64,000 nt of DNA from an uncultured Actinomycetota bacterium (GTDB lineage Bacteria; Actinomycetota; Actinomycetes; Propionibacteriales; Nocardioidaceae), in NCBI GenBank assembly GCA_963805685.1, contig CAWDVM010000012.1, positions 31,614 to 95,613 of the forward strand. Direction: 5' to 3'. Under the pieces are notes generated by a model. That model was not told the DNA's origin. It searched no databases and worked only from the letters and a program-made list of their open reading frames with translations. Made by a program: the position numbers and the translations under genes. Shown in pieces: positions 40,177-49,110 of this stretch. Every line of letters begins with the position of its first letter. The stretch's first letter is position 1.

Positions 40177-41586
40177 ATGGCCCAGAACAGCGGCTCCTTC
40201 CTCGGATTCGTGCACCGGCGTCGCCGGGGCGCGGAGCTCTTCCTGCTCGTCCTCGCCCTCGCGGTCGGCATCGGCGCGTACGCCGCCGTCGGCATCGGCG
40301 TCGAGGGGGAGGTGCCGGCCGACATCATCGGGTACGGCGGCTGGCTGGCGCTCCTGGTCGTCGGCTGCCACGTCGTGGTGCGGTTCGTCGCGCCGTACGC
40401 CGACCCGGTGCTGCTGCCCGTCGTCGCGGCCCTCAACGGGCTCGGCCTCGCGGTCATCCACCGGCTCGACCTCGCCTACGAGGCCGCCGACAAGCCGCAC
40501 GGCTTCGCCCAGCAGCAGCTGATCTGGATGACCCTCGGCGTGCTGCTCTTCGTGGCGACGCTGGTGCTGCTGCGCGACCACCGCGTGCTGCAGCGCTTCA
40601 CCTACACCAGCGGGCTCGCCGCGATCATCCTGCTGCTGCTGCCGATGCTCCCGGTCATCGGCAGCACCATCAACGGTGCCCGGATCTGGATCCACCTCGG
40701 CCCGTTCAGCTTCCAGCCGGGCGAGATCGCGAAGGTCCTCCTCGTGATCGCGTTCGCGGGCTACCTGGTGCTGCACCGCGACGCGCTCGCGCTGGCCGGC
40801 CGCCGGGTCCTCTTCGTCGACCTGCCGCGCGGCCGCGACCTCGGCCCGATCCTGGCGATGTGGCTGATCAGCCTCGGCATCCTGGTCTTCCAGCGCGACC
40901 TCGGCTCCAGCCTGCTGTTCTTCGGCCTGTTCCTGATCATGCTGTACGTCGCCACCGAGCGGCCGGGCTGGCTGATCGTCGGCGGCGCGCTCTTCCTCGC
41001 CGGGGCCTTCCTGGCCTACAAGCTCTTCAGCCACGTCGCGATCCGCGTCGACGTCTGGCTCCAGCCGTTCGACTACTACGACAAGCGCGGCGACCTGAGC
41101 TTCCAGCCCGTCGAGGCGATGTTCGGCATGGGCTGGGGCGGCCTCATCGGCCGCGGCTTCGGCGACGGCAGCCCGGACCGCGTCCCCTACGCCAACTCCG
41201 ACTTCATCGTCGCCTCCATCGGCGAGGAGCTCGGCCTGACCGCCGTCATCGCGGTGGTCCTGCTCTACGGCCTCATCGTGGAGCGCGCGCTGCGCGCGGC
41301 CCTGGTCTGCCGGGACGGCTTCGGCAAGCTCGTGGCCACCGGTCTCGCCGGCGTCTTCACGATCCAGGTCTTCGTCGTCATCGGCGGCGTCACCCGGCTG
41401 ATCCCGCTCACCGGTCTCACGACGCCGTTCCTCTCCTACGGCGGGTCCTCGCTCGTCGCGAACTGGGTGATCATCGCGTTGCTGCTCCGCATCTCCGACC
41501 AGGCCCGGCGGCCGATCCCGGACCTCTCGTTCGGCGACGAGAACGCCGACGTCGAGAGCACGCAGGTGGTGAAGGTTCAGCCATGA
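40177..41586 (+). CDS. rodA: SEDS-family peptidoglycan glycosyltransferase
   Basis: SFQPGEIAK, QRDLG, SDFIVASIGEELG, IPLTGLTTPFLSYGGSS. Confidence 0.93.
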   Translation: MAQNSGSFLGFVHRRRRGAELFLLVLALAVGIGAYAAVGIGVEGEVPADIIGYGGWLALLVVGCHVVVRFVAPYADPVLLPVVAALNGLGLAVIHRLDLAYEAADKPHGFAQQQLIWMTLGVLLFVATLVLLRDHRVLQRFTYTSGLAAIILLLLPMLPVIGSTINGARIWIHLGPFSFQPGEIAKVLLVIAFAGYLVLHRDALALAGRRVLFVDLPRGRDLGPILAMWLISLGILVFQRDLGSSLLFFGLFLIMLYVATERPGWLIVGGALFLAGAFLAYKLFSHVAIRVDVWLQPFDYYDKRGDLSFQPVEAMFGMGWGGLIGRGFGDGSPDRVPYANSDFIVASIGEELGLTAVIAVVLLYGLIVERALRAALVCRDGFGKLVATGLAGVFTIQVFVVIGGVTRLIPLTGLTTPFLSYGGSSLVANWVIIALLLRISDQARRPIPDLSFGDENADVESTQVVKVQP

Positions 41587-41744
41587 CCGCCTCTCCGATG
41601 ACCTGCTACGCGTCGCCCTACGGGCGCCTCGCTGCGTTGCCGTCGATCGACGATGCCCCACAGCGCCTCACTCCGGCGCCTTGCGAGGCATCCCGCAGGA
41701 CGACGCTCGCGACGGCCCCGGAGAGGAGGTCATGGCTGCCATGA
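41578..41744 (+). mobile_element. MITE/MIRU-like structured insert at the rodA-pbpA junction, with GCCATGA duplication and a 53-aa bridging mini-ORF
   Basis: 20-bp inverted arms 41578-41597 / 41719-41738 (1 mismatch); nested arms 41610-41624 / 41692-41706; GCCATGA at 41580 and 41738; ORF from ATG 41583 to TGA 41744. Confidence 0.72.
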
Positions 41745-43204
41745 ACAAGCCCATCCGCACCATCGCCATCGTCTGCATGCTGATGTTCCTCGCGCTGATG
41801 CTGAACGCGACGTACCTCCAGTACTACAAGGCCGGAGCCCTCGACAAGGACCCGCGCAACCGCCGGGTCATCGCCGCGGCGTTCTCCCGCGAGCGGGGCG
41901 CGATCCTGGTCGGGCGCGACCCGGTGGCGCAGAGCGTCGCCACCGACGACCAGTACAAGTTCCAGCGGACCTACTCCCAGCCCTTCAAGTACGCCCCGCT
42001 CACCGGCTGGTTCTCCTACTACAGCCAGACCGGGATCGAGCAGTCCCAGAACGACGTGCTCTCCGGTGACGACTCGCTGCTGTTCGTCACCAAGCTGGTC
42101 GACCTGCTCAGCAACGACTCCTCCAAGGGCGGCAGCGTCGAGCTCACCATCGACCCCGCGGCCCAGACCGCGGCGTACGACGGGCTGCGCAGCCTGCCCG
42201 GCGACGTCCAGGGATCCGTGGTCGCGCTCGAGCCCAGCACCGGCAAGATCCTCGCGATGGTGTCGCTGCCGACCTACGACCCCAACAGGCTCGCCGACCA
42301 CGACTTCTCGGAGGCCGGCAAGGCCTACGACGAGCTCAACGCCAACGAGTCCGAGCCGCTGCTCAACCGCGCCATCCAGACCCGGCTGCCACCCGGCTCG
42401 ACGTTCAAGGTGGTGACCGCGGCGGCGGCCATCGAGAGCGGGAACTACAACGCCGACTCGCAGGTGCCGGGAGGGGCGGAGTACACCCCGCCGCAGACCG
42501 GCAACGTCATCGACAACGAGGGTCGCGACTGCGGCACCAGCCGGATCCCGTTCGCCCAGGCGATGGAGAACTCCTGCAACACCACCTTCGCCGCCCTGGC
42601 CAACGAGGTGGGCGCCGAGGGGATGCGGAAGCAGGCGGAGGCGTTCGGGTTCAACAGCCAGTACCTCGAGGACCTCGGACCGCAGGCGGAGTCCAGCTTC
42701 CCGACCGACGACCAGCTCTCGCCGGCCTACGTCGCCCAGACCGGCATCGGCCAGTACGAGGTGGCCGCGACGCCGCTGCAGATGGCGATGGTCGTGGCGG
42801 GCATCGCCAACGGCGGCACCGTGATGCGCCCCTACGTCGTCGACGAGGTCCAGTCGCCCGAGCTCGACGTGCTCGACAAGACCGAGCCCAGCGAGCTCTC
42901 GCGCGCGGTGTCGTCCTCGACGGCCAGCGAGCTCACCAAGCTGATGGTGGCCACGGTCGACGACGGCACGGCGTACCCCGCCGCGATCCCGGGCGTCGTG
43001 GTCGCCGGCAAGACCGGCACCGCCCAGAGCGGCATCGACAACGTGCCGCCGTACGCCTGGTTCGTCTCGTTCGCGCCCGCCGACGACCCCCAGGTCGCGG
43101 TCGCGGTGATGATCCAGAAGGCCGACATCCCGCGCGGCGAGATCGCCGGCGGCCAGCTCGGCGGCCCGATCGCCAAGGCGGTCATGGAGGCGGTGATCCA
43201 GTGA
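41741..43204 (+). CDS. pbpA: Class B penicillin-binding protein
   Basis: PGSTFK (SxxK), SCN, KTGTAQ; alternative start at ATG 41732. Confidence 0.93.
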   Translation: MNKPIRTIAIVCMLMFLALMLNATYLQYYKAGALDKDPRNRRVIAAAFSRERGAILVGRDPVAQSVATDDQYKFQRTYSQPFKYAPLTGWFSYYSQTGIEQSQNDVLSGDDSLLFVTKLVDLLSNDSSKGGSVELTIDPAAQTAAYDGLRSLPGDVQGSVVALEPSTGKILAMVSLPTYDPNRLADHDFSEAGKAYDELNANESEPLLNRAIQTRLPPGSTFKVVTAAAAIESGNYNADSQVPGGAEYTPPQTGNVIDNEGRDCGTSRIPFAQAMENSCNTTFAALANEVGAEGMRKQAEAFGFNSQYLEDLGPQAESSFPTDDQLSPAYVAQTGIGQYEVAATPLQMAMVVAGIANGGTVMRPYVVDEVQSPELDVLDKTEPSELSRAVSSSTASELTKLMVATVDDGTAYPAAIPGVVVAGKTGTAQSGIDNVPPYAWFVSFAPADDPQVAVAVMIQKADIPRGEIAGGQLGGPIAKAVMEAVIQ

Positions 43205-44667
43205 CGCCGCCTGAGCAGGACTTCGGGTACGCCGACGACGGCCGGCGCTACCGGCTCGACTCCCGGATCGCCACCGGCGGCATGGGCGAGGTCTGGCGGG
43301 GCACCGACACGGTGCTCGGCCGCGAGGTCGCGATCAAGCTGCTCAAGCGCGAGTACGCCGACGACGAGGCGTTCCGCTCCCGCTTCGAGACCGAGGCCCG
43401 GCACGCCGGGTCGCTGCACCACCGCGGGATCGCGGCCGTCTTCGACTTCGGCGAGGCGTCCGCGGCCGACGGGTCCGGCGCGCCGCGGCCGTACCTGGTG
43501 ATGGAGCTCGTCGACGGGCAGCCGCTCTCCGACCTGCTGCGCCCCGGCGAGCCGATGGACCCCGACGTCACCCGGGACCTGCTCGGGCAGGCCGCCGAGG
43601 CGATCGGCGCCGCGCACGCCGCGGGCATCGTGCACCGCGACATCAAGCCGGCCAACCTGCTGGTCACCCCGGCGCGCGAGGTCAAGATCACCGACTTCGG
43701 CATCGCCCGCGCCGCCGAGGGGATGGCGCTCACCCAGACCGGCCAGGTCATGGGCACCCCGCAGTACATCTCGCCCGAGCAGGCCCGGGGCACCACCGCG
43801 ACGCCGGCCTCCGACGTCTACGCGCTCGGCGTGGTGGCCTTCGAGTGCCTCGCCGGCCGGCGTCCGTTCGTCGCCGACACCCCGATCGCCACCGCCCTCG
43901 CCCACCTGCGCGAGCCGGTGCCGCCGCTGCCGCCCGAGGTGCCCGCCGACCTCGCGGCCGTCGTACGCAAGGCGATGTCGAAGGAGCCCGGGGACCGGTA
44001 CGCCGACGGCGCGGCGTTCGCGGTCGCCCTCCGGGACCCGGCCACCGCCGCCACCGCGATCGTGCCGCCGCCGGACACCGGGAGCACCCAGGTGCTCGCC
44101 GGCGCGGGGGCCGCGGGTGCCGCCGGTGCCGCCGCGCTGGACACGGGTGCGGCGGCGGCTGAGCCGACCGGGCCCACGCACGCCGCCACCCCGCCCCCGC
44201 GTCGCCGCCGGGGTGCCCTGTGGCTGCTCGCCGGCGCCTTCGCCGTGCTCGCCATCGTGGTGATCGGCTTCCTGGTCTTCGCGGGCGAGGGCGACCAGAC
44301 CGACCCGACGCAGAACCCGACGAAGCACCCCTCGCGCACCGACAAGCCCACGAAGGCGCCGTCCAGCGAGCCGACCCAGGCCCCGACCACGACCAGCCCG
44401 ACGTCGGCCCCGCCCTCGTCCGCGCCCACCTCGCAGGCGCCCACGCAGTCCAGCTCTCCCTCGGTGACCCAGTCGCCCTCCGCCTCCGCCACGCCGACCC
44501 AGTCGCCGAGCAGCACCGCCTCCTCGCCGACGTCCACGCAGACCACGACCGCGCCGGCGTCCCAGGCTCCGCAGACCACCTCGTCCCCCACCACCTCCCC
44601 CAGCGCCGGCGCCACCGCCGCCAGCCGGGCCCCGGCGCCGAGCAACGACGGAAAGGCCGCCCGCTGA
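43201..44667 (+). CDS. pknA: Ser/Thr protein kinase with TM and Ser/Thr/Pro-rich tail
   Basis: GGMGEVW, HRDIKPANL, DFGIA, GTPQYISPEQ; synteny. Confidence 0.9.
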   Translation: MTPPEQDFGYADDGRRYRLDSRIATGGMGEVWRGTDTVLGREVAIKLLKREYADDEAFRSRFETEARHAGSLHHRGIAAVFDFGEASAADGSGAPRPYLVMELVDGQPLSDLLRPGEPMDPDVTRDLLGQAAEAIGAAHAAGIVHRDIKPANLLVTPAREVKITDFGIARAAEGMALTQTGQVMGTPQYISPEQARGTTATPASDVYALGVVAFECLAGRRPFVADTPIATALAHLREPVPPLPPEVPADLAAVVRKAMSKEPGDRYADGAAFAVALRDPATAATAIVPPPDTGSTQVLAGAGAAGAAGAAALDTGAAAAEPTGPTHAATPPPRRRRGALWLLAGAFAVLAIVVIGFLVFAGEGDQTDPTQNPTKHPSRTDKPTKAPSSEPTQAPTTTSPTSAPPSSAPTSQAPTQSSSPSVTQSPSASATPTQSPSSTASSPTSTQTTTAPASQAPQTTSSPTTSPSAGATAASRAPAPSNDGKAAR

Positions 44668-46502
44668 TGAGCAACCCGCAGCCGACGGTGGTCGGCGGAC
44701 GCTACGAGCTCGGTGAGCTCCTCGGCCGTGGGGGCATGGCCGAGGTCCGCAAGGGCATCGACACCCGGCTCGGTCGCGTCGTCGCGGTCAAGCGGCTGCG
44801 GACCGACCTGGCCAGCGACGCGACGTTCCAGGCGCGGTTCCGGCGCGAGGCCCAGTCGTCGGCATCGCTCAACCACCCGTCCATCGTCGCGGTCTACGAC
44901 ACCGGCGAGGAGATGTCGACCGACGGGTCCGACGTCGCCCAGCCCTACATCGTCATGGAGTTCGTCGCGGGCCGGACGCTGCGCGACATCCTGCGCGAGG
45001 GTCGCAAGATCCTGCCGGAGCGGGCCCTGGAGATCACCAGCGGCGTGCTCTCCGCGCTCGACTACAGCCACCGCGCGGGGATCATCCACCGCGACATCAA
45101 GCCCGGCAACGTCATGCTCACGCCGAGCGGCGACGTGAAGGTGATGGACTTCGGCATCGCCCGCGCGATCAGCGACGCGTCGTCGACCATGACCCAGACC
45201 GCCGCGGTCGTCGGCACCGCCCAGTACCTCTCCCCGGAGCAGGCCCGCGGCGAGACCGTCGACTCCCGCTCGGACGTCTACTCCGCCGGCTGCCTCCTCT
45301 ACGAGCTGCTCACCGGGCGGCCGCCGTTCGTGGGCGACAGCCCCGTGGCGGTCGCCTACCAGCACGTCCGGGAGCCGGCCGCGCCGCCGTCGGACCACGA
45401 CACCGACCTGCCGGCCGAGATCGACGCGATCGTGATGAAGGCGCTGGCCAAGCGCCTCGAGGACCGCTACCAGTCGGCCGCGGCCATGCGCAGCGACATC
45501 GAGCGCTACCTCGCCGGCCGGCCCGTGCACGCCGTGGTGCCGCCGGCGCCGCAGGCGACGACCCTGATCCCCCCGGTCGACCCGCCGGTGGACACGACCG
45601 CGACGCGTCCCGTCGCGCCCCCGCCCGACGAGGAGGACCGCGGCGGGCGCACCGGCATCATGATCGCCCTCGGGCTGCTGCTCATCCTGCTGATCGCCGG
45701 CGCGGCGTACCTCCTGCCGCGGTTGTTCGAGAAGCCGGTCGAGCAGACCCAGGTGCCCAACCTGATCGGGCTCAGCGAGAAACAGGCCCGCGCCGCGATC
45801 GGCGACGCCGGGCTCGGCGTGGGCTCGGTCGACTTCCAGGCCGACCAGGACGTGGCCAAGGACAAGGTCATCAGCCAGGACCCGAACCGGGACCAGTACG
45901 TCGACCCCGGCTCCGACATCAACTTCGTGGTGTCGACCGGGAAGCCGCTGGTGACGGTGCCGTCGGTGGTCGGGCAGGACAAGGACGCGGCCGCGGTGGC
46001 GCTGCGCAACGCCAAGCTCAAGGTGACGCTCCAGCAGACCCCCTCCGACGAGCCCGCGGGCCAGGTCCTCACGACCGACCCGGCGGGCGGCGAGAGCGTG
46101 CCGCAGGGCACCACGGTCACCATCTCCTTCTCCGACGGCCCCGAGCAGATCCCCGACGTGGTCGGCATGCAGCAGAAGGATGCCGAGAAGGCGATCCGCG
46201 ACGCCGGGTTCCAGCCCGACGTCCTCGAGTCCTCGAGCACGACCGAGCCCAAGGGCACCGTGATCAAGCAGAGCCCCCAGGCCGGCCAGACCGCCGACCA
46301 GGGCTCGACGGTCACCATCCTGGTGTCGTCGTACGAGGCGCCGACCGAGTCGCCCTCGCCCACCGAGTCGCCGACCGTGACGCCCACCCTGCCGACCGGG
46401 CCGCCGACGCCCTCCGGACGCGTCGGGCCTGCCGCCGGGACGCGTCACCGGTCAGTGAGGCGCGCGGTCGTCGCCGCGGCTCAGCGCAGCGGCTTGGCGT
46501 AG
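44667..46502 (+). CDS. pknB: PASTA-domain Ser/Thr kinase
   Basis: GGMAEV, HRDIKPGNV, KVMDFGIARA, TM, three PASTA repeats (VPNLIG, VPSVVG, IPDVVG). Confidence 0.94.
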   Translation: MSNPQPTVVGGRYELGELLGRGGMAEVRKGIDTRLGRVVAVKRLRTDLASDATFQARFRREAQSSASLNHPSIVAVYDTGEEMSTDGSDVAQPYIVMEFVAGRTLRDILREGRKILPERALEITSGVLSALDYSHRAGIIHRDIKPGNVMLTPSGDVKVMDFGIARAISDASSTMTQTAAVVGTAQYLSPEQARGETVDSRSDVYSAGCLLYELLTGRPPFVGDSPVAVAYQHVREPAAPPSDHDTDLPAEIDAIVMKALAKRLEDRYQSAAAMRSDIERYLAGRPVHAVVPPAPQATTLIPPVDPPVDTTATRPVAPPPDEEDRGGRTGIMIALGLLLILLIAGAAYLLPRLFEKPVEQTQVPNLIGLSEKQARAAIGDAGLGVGSVDFQADQDVAKDKVISQDPNRDQYVDPGSDINFVVSTGKPLVTVPSVVGQDKDAAAVALRNAKLKVTLQQTPSDEPAGQVLTTDPAGGESVPQGTTVTISFSDGPEQIPDVVGMQQKDAEKAIRDAGFQPDVLESSSTTEPKGTVIKQSPQAGQTADQGSTVTILVSSYEAPTESPSPTESPTVTPTLPTGPPTPSGRVGPAAGTRHRSVRRAVVAAAQRSGLA

Positions 46503-47254
46503 TTGAGGTCGAGCAGGCCGTCGTACGCCGGTGCCGTGAGGCTGTCCTCGAGCTGCAGGTCCCAGCCCACGGAGATGGTCGGGTCTGCGGCCTGCTCCCG
46601 GTAGACCTGCAGGTAGCGGTCGTTGTCGATCGCGTCCAGCAGGGCCGTCTGGTCCCCGACCGCGGAGATCACGTAGGGCTGCGAGTAGGGCACGCCCTGG
46701 AGCTGGACGGCGTTCCCCTCGCACTTGATGCCGGTGGTGGTCACCACCCGCTGTCCCTGGACAGTGACCGCGGTGGCTCCGGCCTTCCACATCGCGTTCA
46801 CGACCGCCTGGATGTCCTGCTGGTGCACGACGAGGTAGTTGAGGTCGCGGGTGGTGTTGTTGATGACCTCCTCGGGCGCGTCCGAGAGCGTGACGGTGAC
46901 CCCGGGTCCGGTGCGGGGCACCAGCCCGGCCGGGTCCTCGAGCTTCTGGATGCGCCGCTGGTACCGCTGCACCTCGGTGTCGTTGACCGACTCGGTGAGG
47001 GTCGCGACGTCGGCGTTCAGGTCCTTCACCCGCTGCTGGAGCGCTTGGTAGTCCCGGGCCTCGTTGCTGACCAGCGACGCGAGGTCGGTGTAGCGGCCGG
47101 GCCGGAGGTCGGTCCCCTGGCTGTTGTGGGCGCTGACCACGAACAGCGCCCCGCACAGGAGCACCACCAGCGGCGTACCGATGCGCCACAGCCGCCGGCG
47201 GCGGCGCGGTCGGTCGGTCCCGTTGTCGGGGCTCGCGTGGGATCCAGGGGTCAC
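46481..47254 (-). CDS. DUF881-domain protein
   Basis: GPGVTVTLSDAP, VVHQQDIQAVVNAMW; divergent from crgA; TACCTT -10 hexamer 7 nt before GTG. Confidence 0.87.
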   Translation of the reverse strand: MTPGSHASPDNGTDRPRRRRRLWRIGTPLVVLLCGALFVVSAHNSQGTDLRPGRYTDLASLVSNEARDYQALQQRVKDLNADVATLTESVNDTEVQRYQRRIQKLEDPAGLVPRTGPGVTVTLSDAPEEVINNTTRDLNYLVVHQQDIQAVVNAMWKAGATAVTVQGQRVVTTTGIKCEGNAVQLQGVPYSQPYVISAVGDQTALLDAIDNDRYLQVYREQAADPTISVGWDLQLEDSLTAPAYDGLLDLNYAKPLR

Positions 47255-47346
47255 GGCGACTAAGGTAGCCCGCGACCTGTGATGACGCGTCATGGTCGCC
47301 TGCCGAAATCAGCCCTCTCGCAGGGTCACCACCGAGGAGCAGTCTC

Positions 47347-47814
47347 GTGTCCAAGCCGAAGTCCAAGCAGCCGGACTATCTCAAGCCGACCCGGGGACCG
47401 GTGTTCTCGGCACGGTTCGTGATCACGCTGGTGCTGATCGTCCTCGGCATCGCCTGGATGACCTACTACTACACCGCCGTCCGGGTCGACCCGACCGTGC
47501 TGCCCCCGCCGGAGGCGGGCAGCCCGAAGTTCATGGCGGACCTCGGTGACTGGAACTACCTCATCGGCTTCGGCCTGATCTTCGCCGGCCTGGTCATCGC
47601 CGCCCACCCCTCGACCCCGCTCGGCCGCGGTCGCGGCGTCGTGGTCGGGATGCTCGGCTGCTTCCTGATCGGGCTGCTGTGGATCTGCACCTTCTACGTG
47701 ATCAGCGACAACCTCAGCAGGCTGCCGGTCTTCGACGACCTCGGCCAGAAGAACCTGCTGGTGGGCATCGGCTTCATGGCCGTCGGCTTCACCTACGCCA
47801 CGCGCTGGGAGTGA
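47347..47814 (+). CDS. crgA: Cell division protein CrgA, long form with tandem-duplicated motif
   Basis: GIAW..YY...DLGDWNYLIGFG and GLLW..FYV...DLGQKNLLVGIG...TRW; synteny. Confidence 0.82.
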   Translation: MSKPKSKQPDYLKPTRGPVFSARFVITLVLIVLGIAWMTYYYTAVRVDPTVLPPPEAGSPKFMADLGDWNYLIGFGLIFAGLVIAAHPSTPLGRGRGVVVGMLGCFLIGLLWICTFYVISDNLSRLPVFDDLGQKNLLVGIGFMAVGFTYATRWE

Positions 47815-47888
47815 TCGCCGCGCCGGCGTGAGGTGCCCGCCGAGTCGACCTGAGCCGCCGGTCCGTCCCCCTGGGGATGGGCCGGCGG

Positions 47889-48063
47889 TTTTGCACATTG
47901 GGGACAACGCTGTGGAGAACTACATCCATGTAGTTCTCCACAGGTGATTCCACAGTTGTGCACAACCGTGGATGACTGTGCCCGCCTGAGCGCGCCTCGT
48001 ACACGCCGCCTACCCACAATTGGGGATGGGCAACCCTCCGAGGCTGTGGAGAGCTGTGGACAA
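47889..48063. promoter_or_regulatory. DnaA-box cluster outside oriC
   Basis: Perfect TTGTCCACA on the minus strand (48055-48063) plus near matches at 47889, 47899, 47911, 47934, 47946, 47956, 47967 and 48045. Confidence 0.8.
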
Positions 48064-48093
48064 ACCACGGATCGACGTCGTCCGGCGCCCGGG

Positions 48094-48170
48094 AGCGACG
48101 GGTCGGCGTGCTCCGACTGTGAACAAGCGACGGGTCGGTGCACTGACGCCGTGAACAAGCGACGGGTCGG
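48094..48170 (+). repeat. Three AGCGACGGGTCGG direct repeats with 32-bp period
   Basis: Copies start at 48094, 48126 and 48158; the last two are preceded by GTGAACA. Confidence 0.8.
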
Positions 48171-48172
48171 CG

Positions 48173-49084
48173 TCAGGTGAGGGTGGCGGTGCGGAGCAGG
48201 ACCGCGACCACGAGGCCGAGCGTGATCGCACCGAGGCCGAGCGACTGCCACAGGGCGCGGTGGGACCGGGGAGAATAGGCCAGCACGACGGCGATCAGGG
48301 CGCCGCCGAGGAAGCCGCCGAGGTGGCCCTCCCAGGAGATGAAGCCGCGGCCGACCACGGTGATCAGGAAGTTGAGGCCGATCCACATCAGGATCGGCTG
48401 CATGTTGCCGCCGACCTTGAAGGCCAGCACCAGCAGCGCGCCCATCAGGCCGAAGATCGCGCCCGAGGCGCCGAGGGTGGAGCCGTCGACGGGGGCGACC
48501 CAGTAGACCAGCGTGGAGCCGGCCAGGGCCGAGATCAGGTAGAGCGCCAGGAACCGGGCGCGGCCGATCGCCAGCTCCAGCTGGGGGCCGAGGAACCACA
48601 GCGCCAGCATGTTGAAGCCGATGTGCCAGATCTCGACGTGCGTGAAGGCACTGGTGACGAGCTGCCAGTAGGCCCCGTCGCTGACGCCGTTGATCCAGTC
48701 GCCCTGCGGGTTCGTGGCGCAGACGGCCTCGCTGCCGATCCCGGGGTAGTAGAGGTCCGGCCGGCTGGCCGAGACGCAGCGCCCGGTGGGCAGCAGCATC
48801 AGCTTGTTGAGCCAGGCGCTGGCCGAGCCGCCGGTGGTCAGCACCAGCAGCCAGACGGCCGCGTTGACGGCGATCAGCACCATCGAGGTGAGACCGGCGT
48901 TGCCGGGCCGCAGCCCGCCGTACGCCGTCCGTCCGCTGCGGGTGGTCTTCGCACCCTCCGAGACGCACTGCGGGCACTGGAAGCCCACGGCGGCGTCACG
49001 CATGCAGTCCGGGCAGATCGCCCGGTCGCAGCGCTGGCAACGGATGTACGACTCGCGGCCGGGGTGCCGGTAACAGGTCGGCAC
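48173..49084 (-). CDS. Rhomboid intramembrane serine protease with N-terminal Zn-binding domain
   Basis: CYRHP..CQRC..ICPDC..CPQC; HIGFNM, GASGAIFG, GHLGG. Confidence 0.92.
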   Translation of the reverse strand: MPTCYRHPGRESYIRCQRCDRAICPDCMRDAAVGFQCPQCVSEGAKTTRSGRTAYGGLRPGNAGLTSMVLIAVNAAVWLLVLTTGGSASAWLNKLMLLPTGRCVSASRPDLYYPGIGSEAVCATNPQGDWINGVSDGAYWQLVTSAFTHVEIWHIGFNMLALWFLGPQLELAIGRARFLALYLISALAGSTLVYWVAPVDGSTLGASGAIFGLMGALLVLAFKVGGNMQPILMWIGLNFLITVVGRGFISWEGHLGGFLGGALIAVVLAYSPRSHRALWQSLGLGAITLGLVVAVLLRTATLT

Positions 49085-49110
49085 CCCGGCTGCAGGGGTC
49101 GGGTTGCCGC

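Noticed and set aside
44330-44640. Ser/Thr/Pro-rich repeats in pknA, and the TQPT repeats at the pstP start
   Set aside because: Ordinary low-complexity linkers.
47889-48063. Possible oriC
   Set aside because: Gene order (dciA-gyrB) puts dnaA-dnaN and oriC beyond the right edge; no clear AT-rich unwinding element here.
48094-48170. Possible mini-CRISPR array
   Set aside because: Repeat only 13 bp, spacers 19 bp and partly shared, three units, no cas genes in the window.
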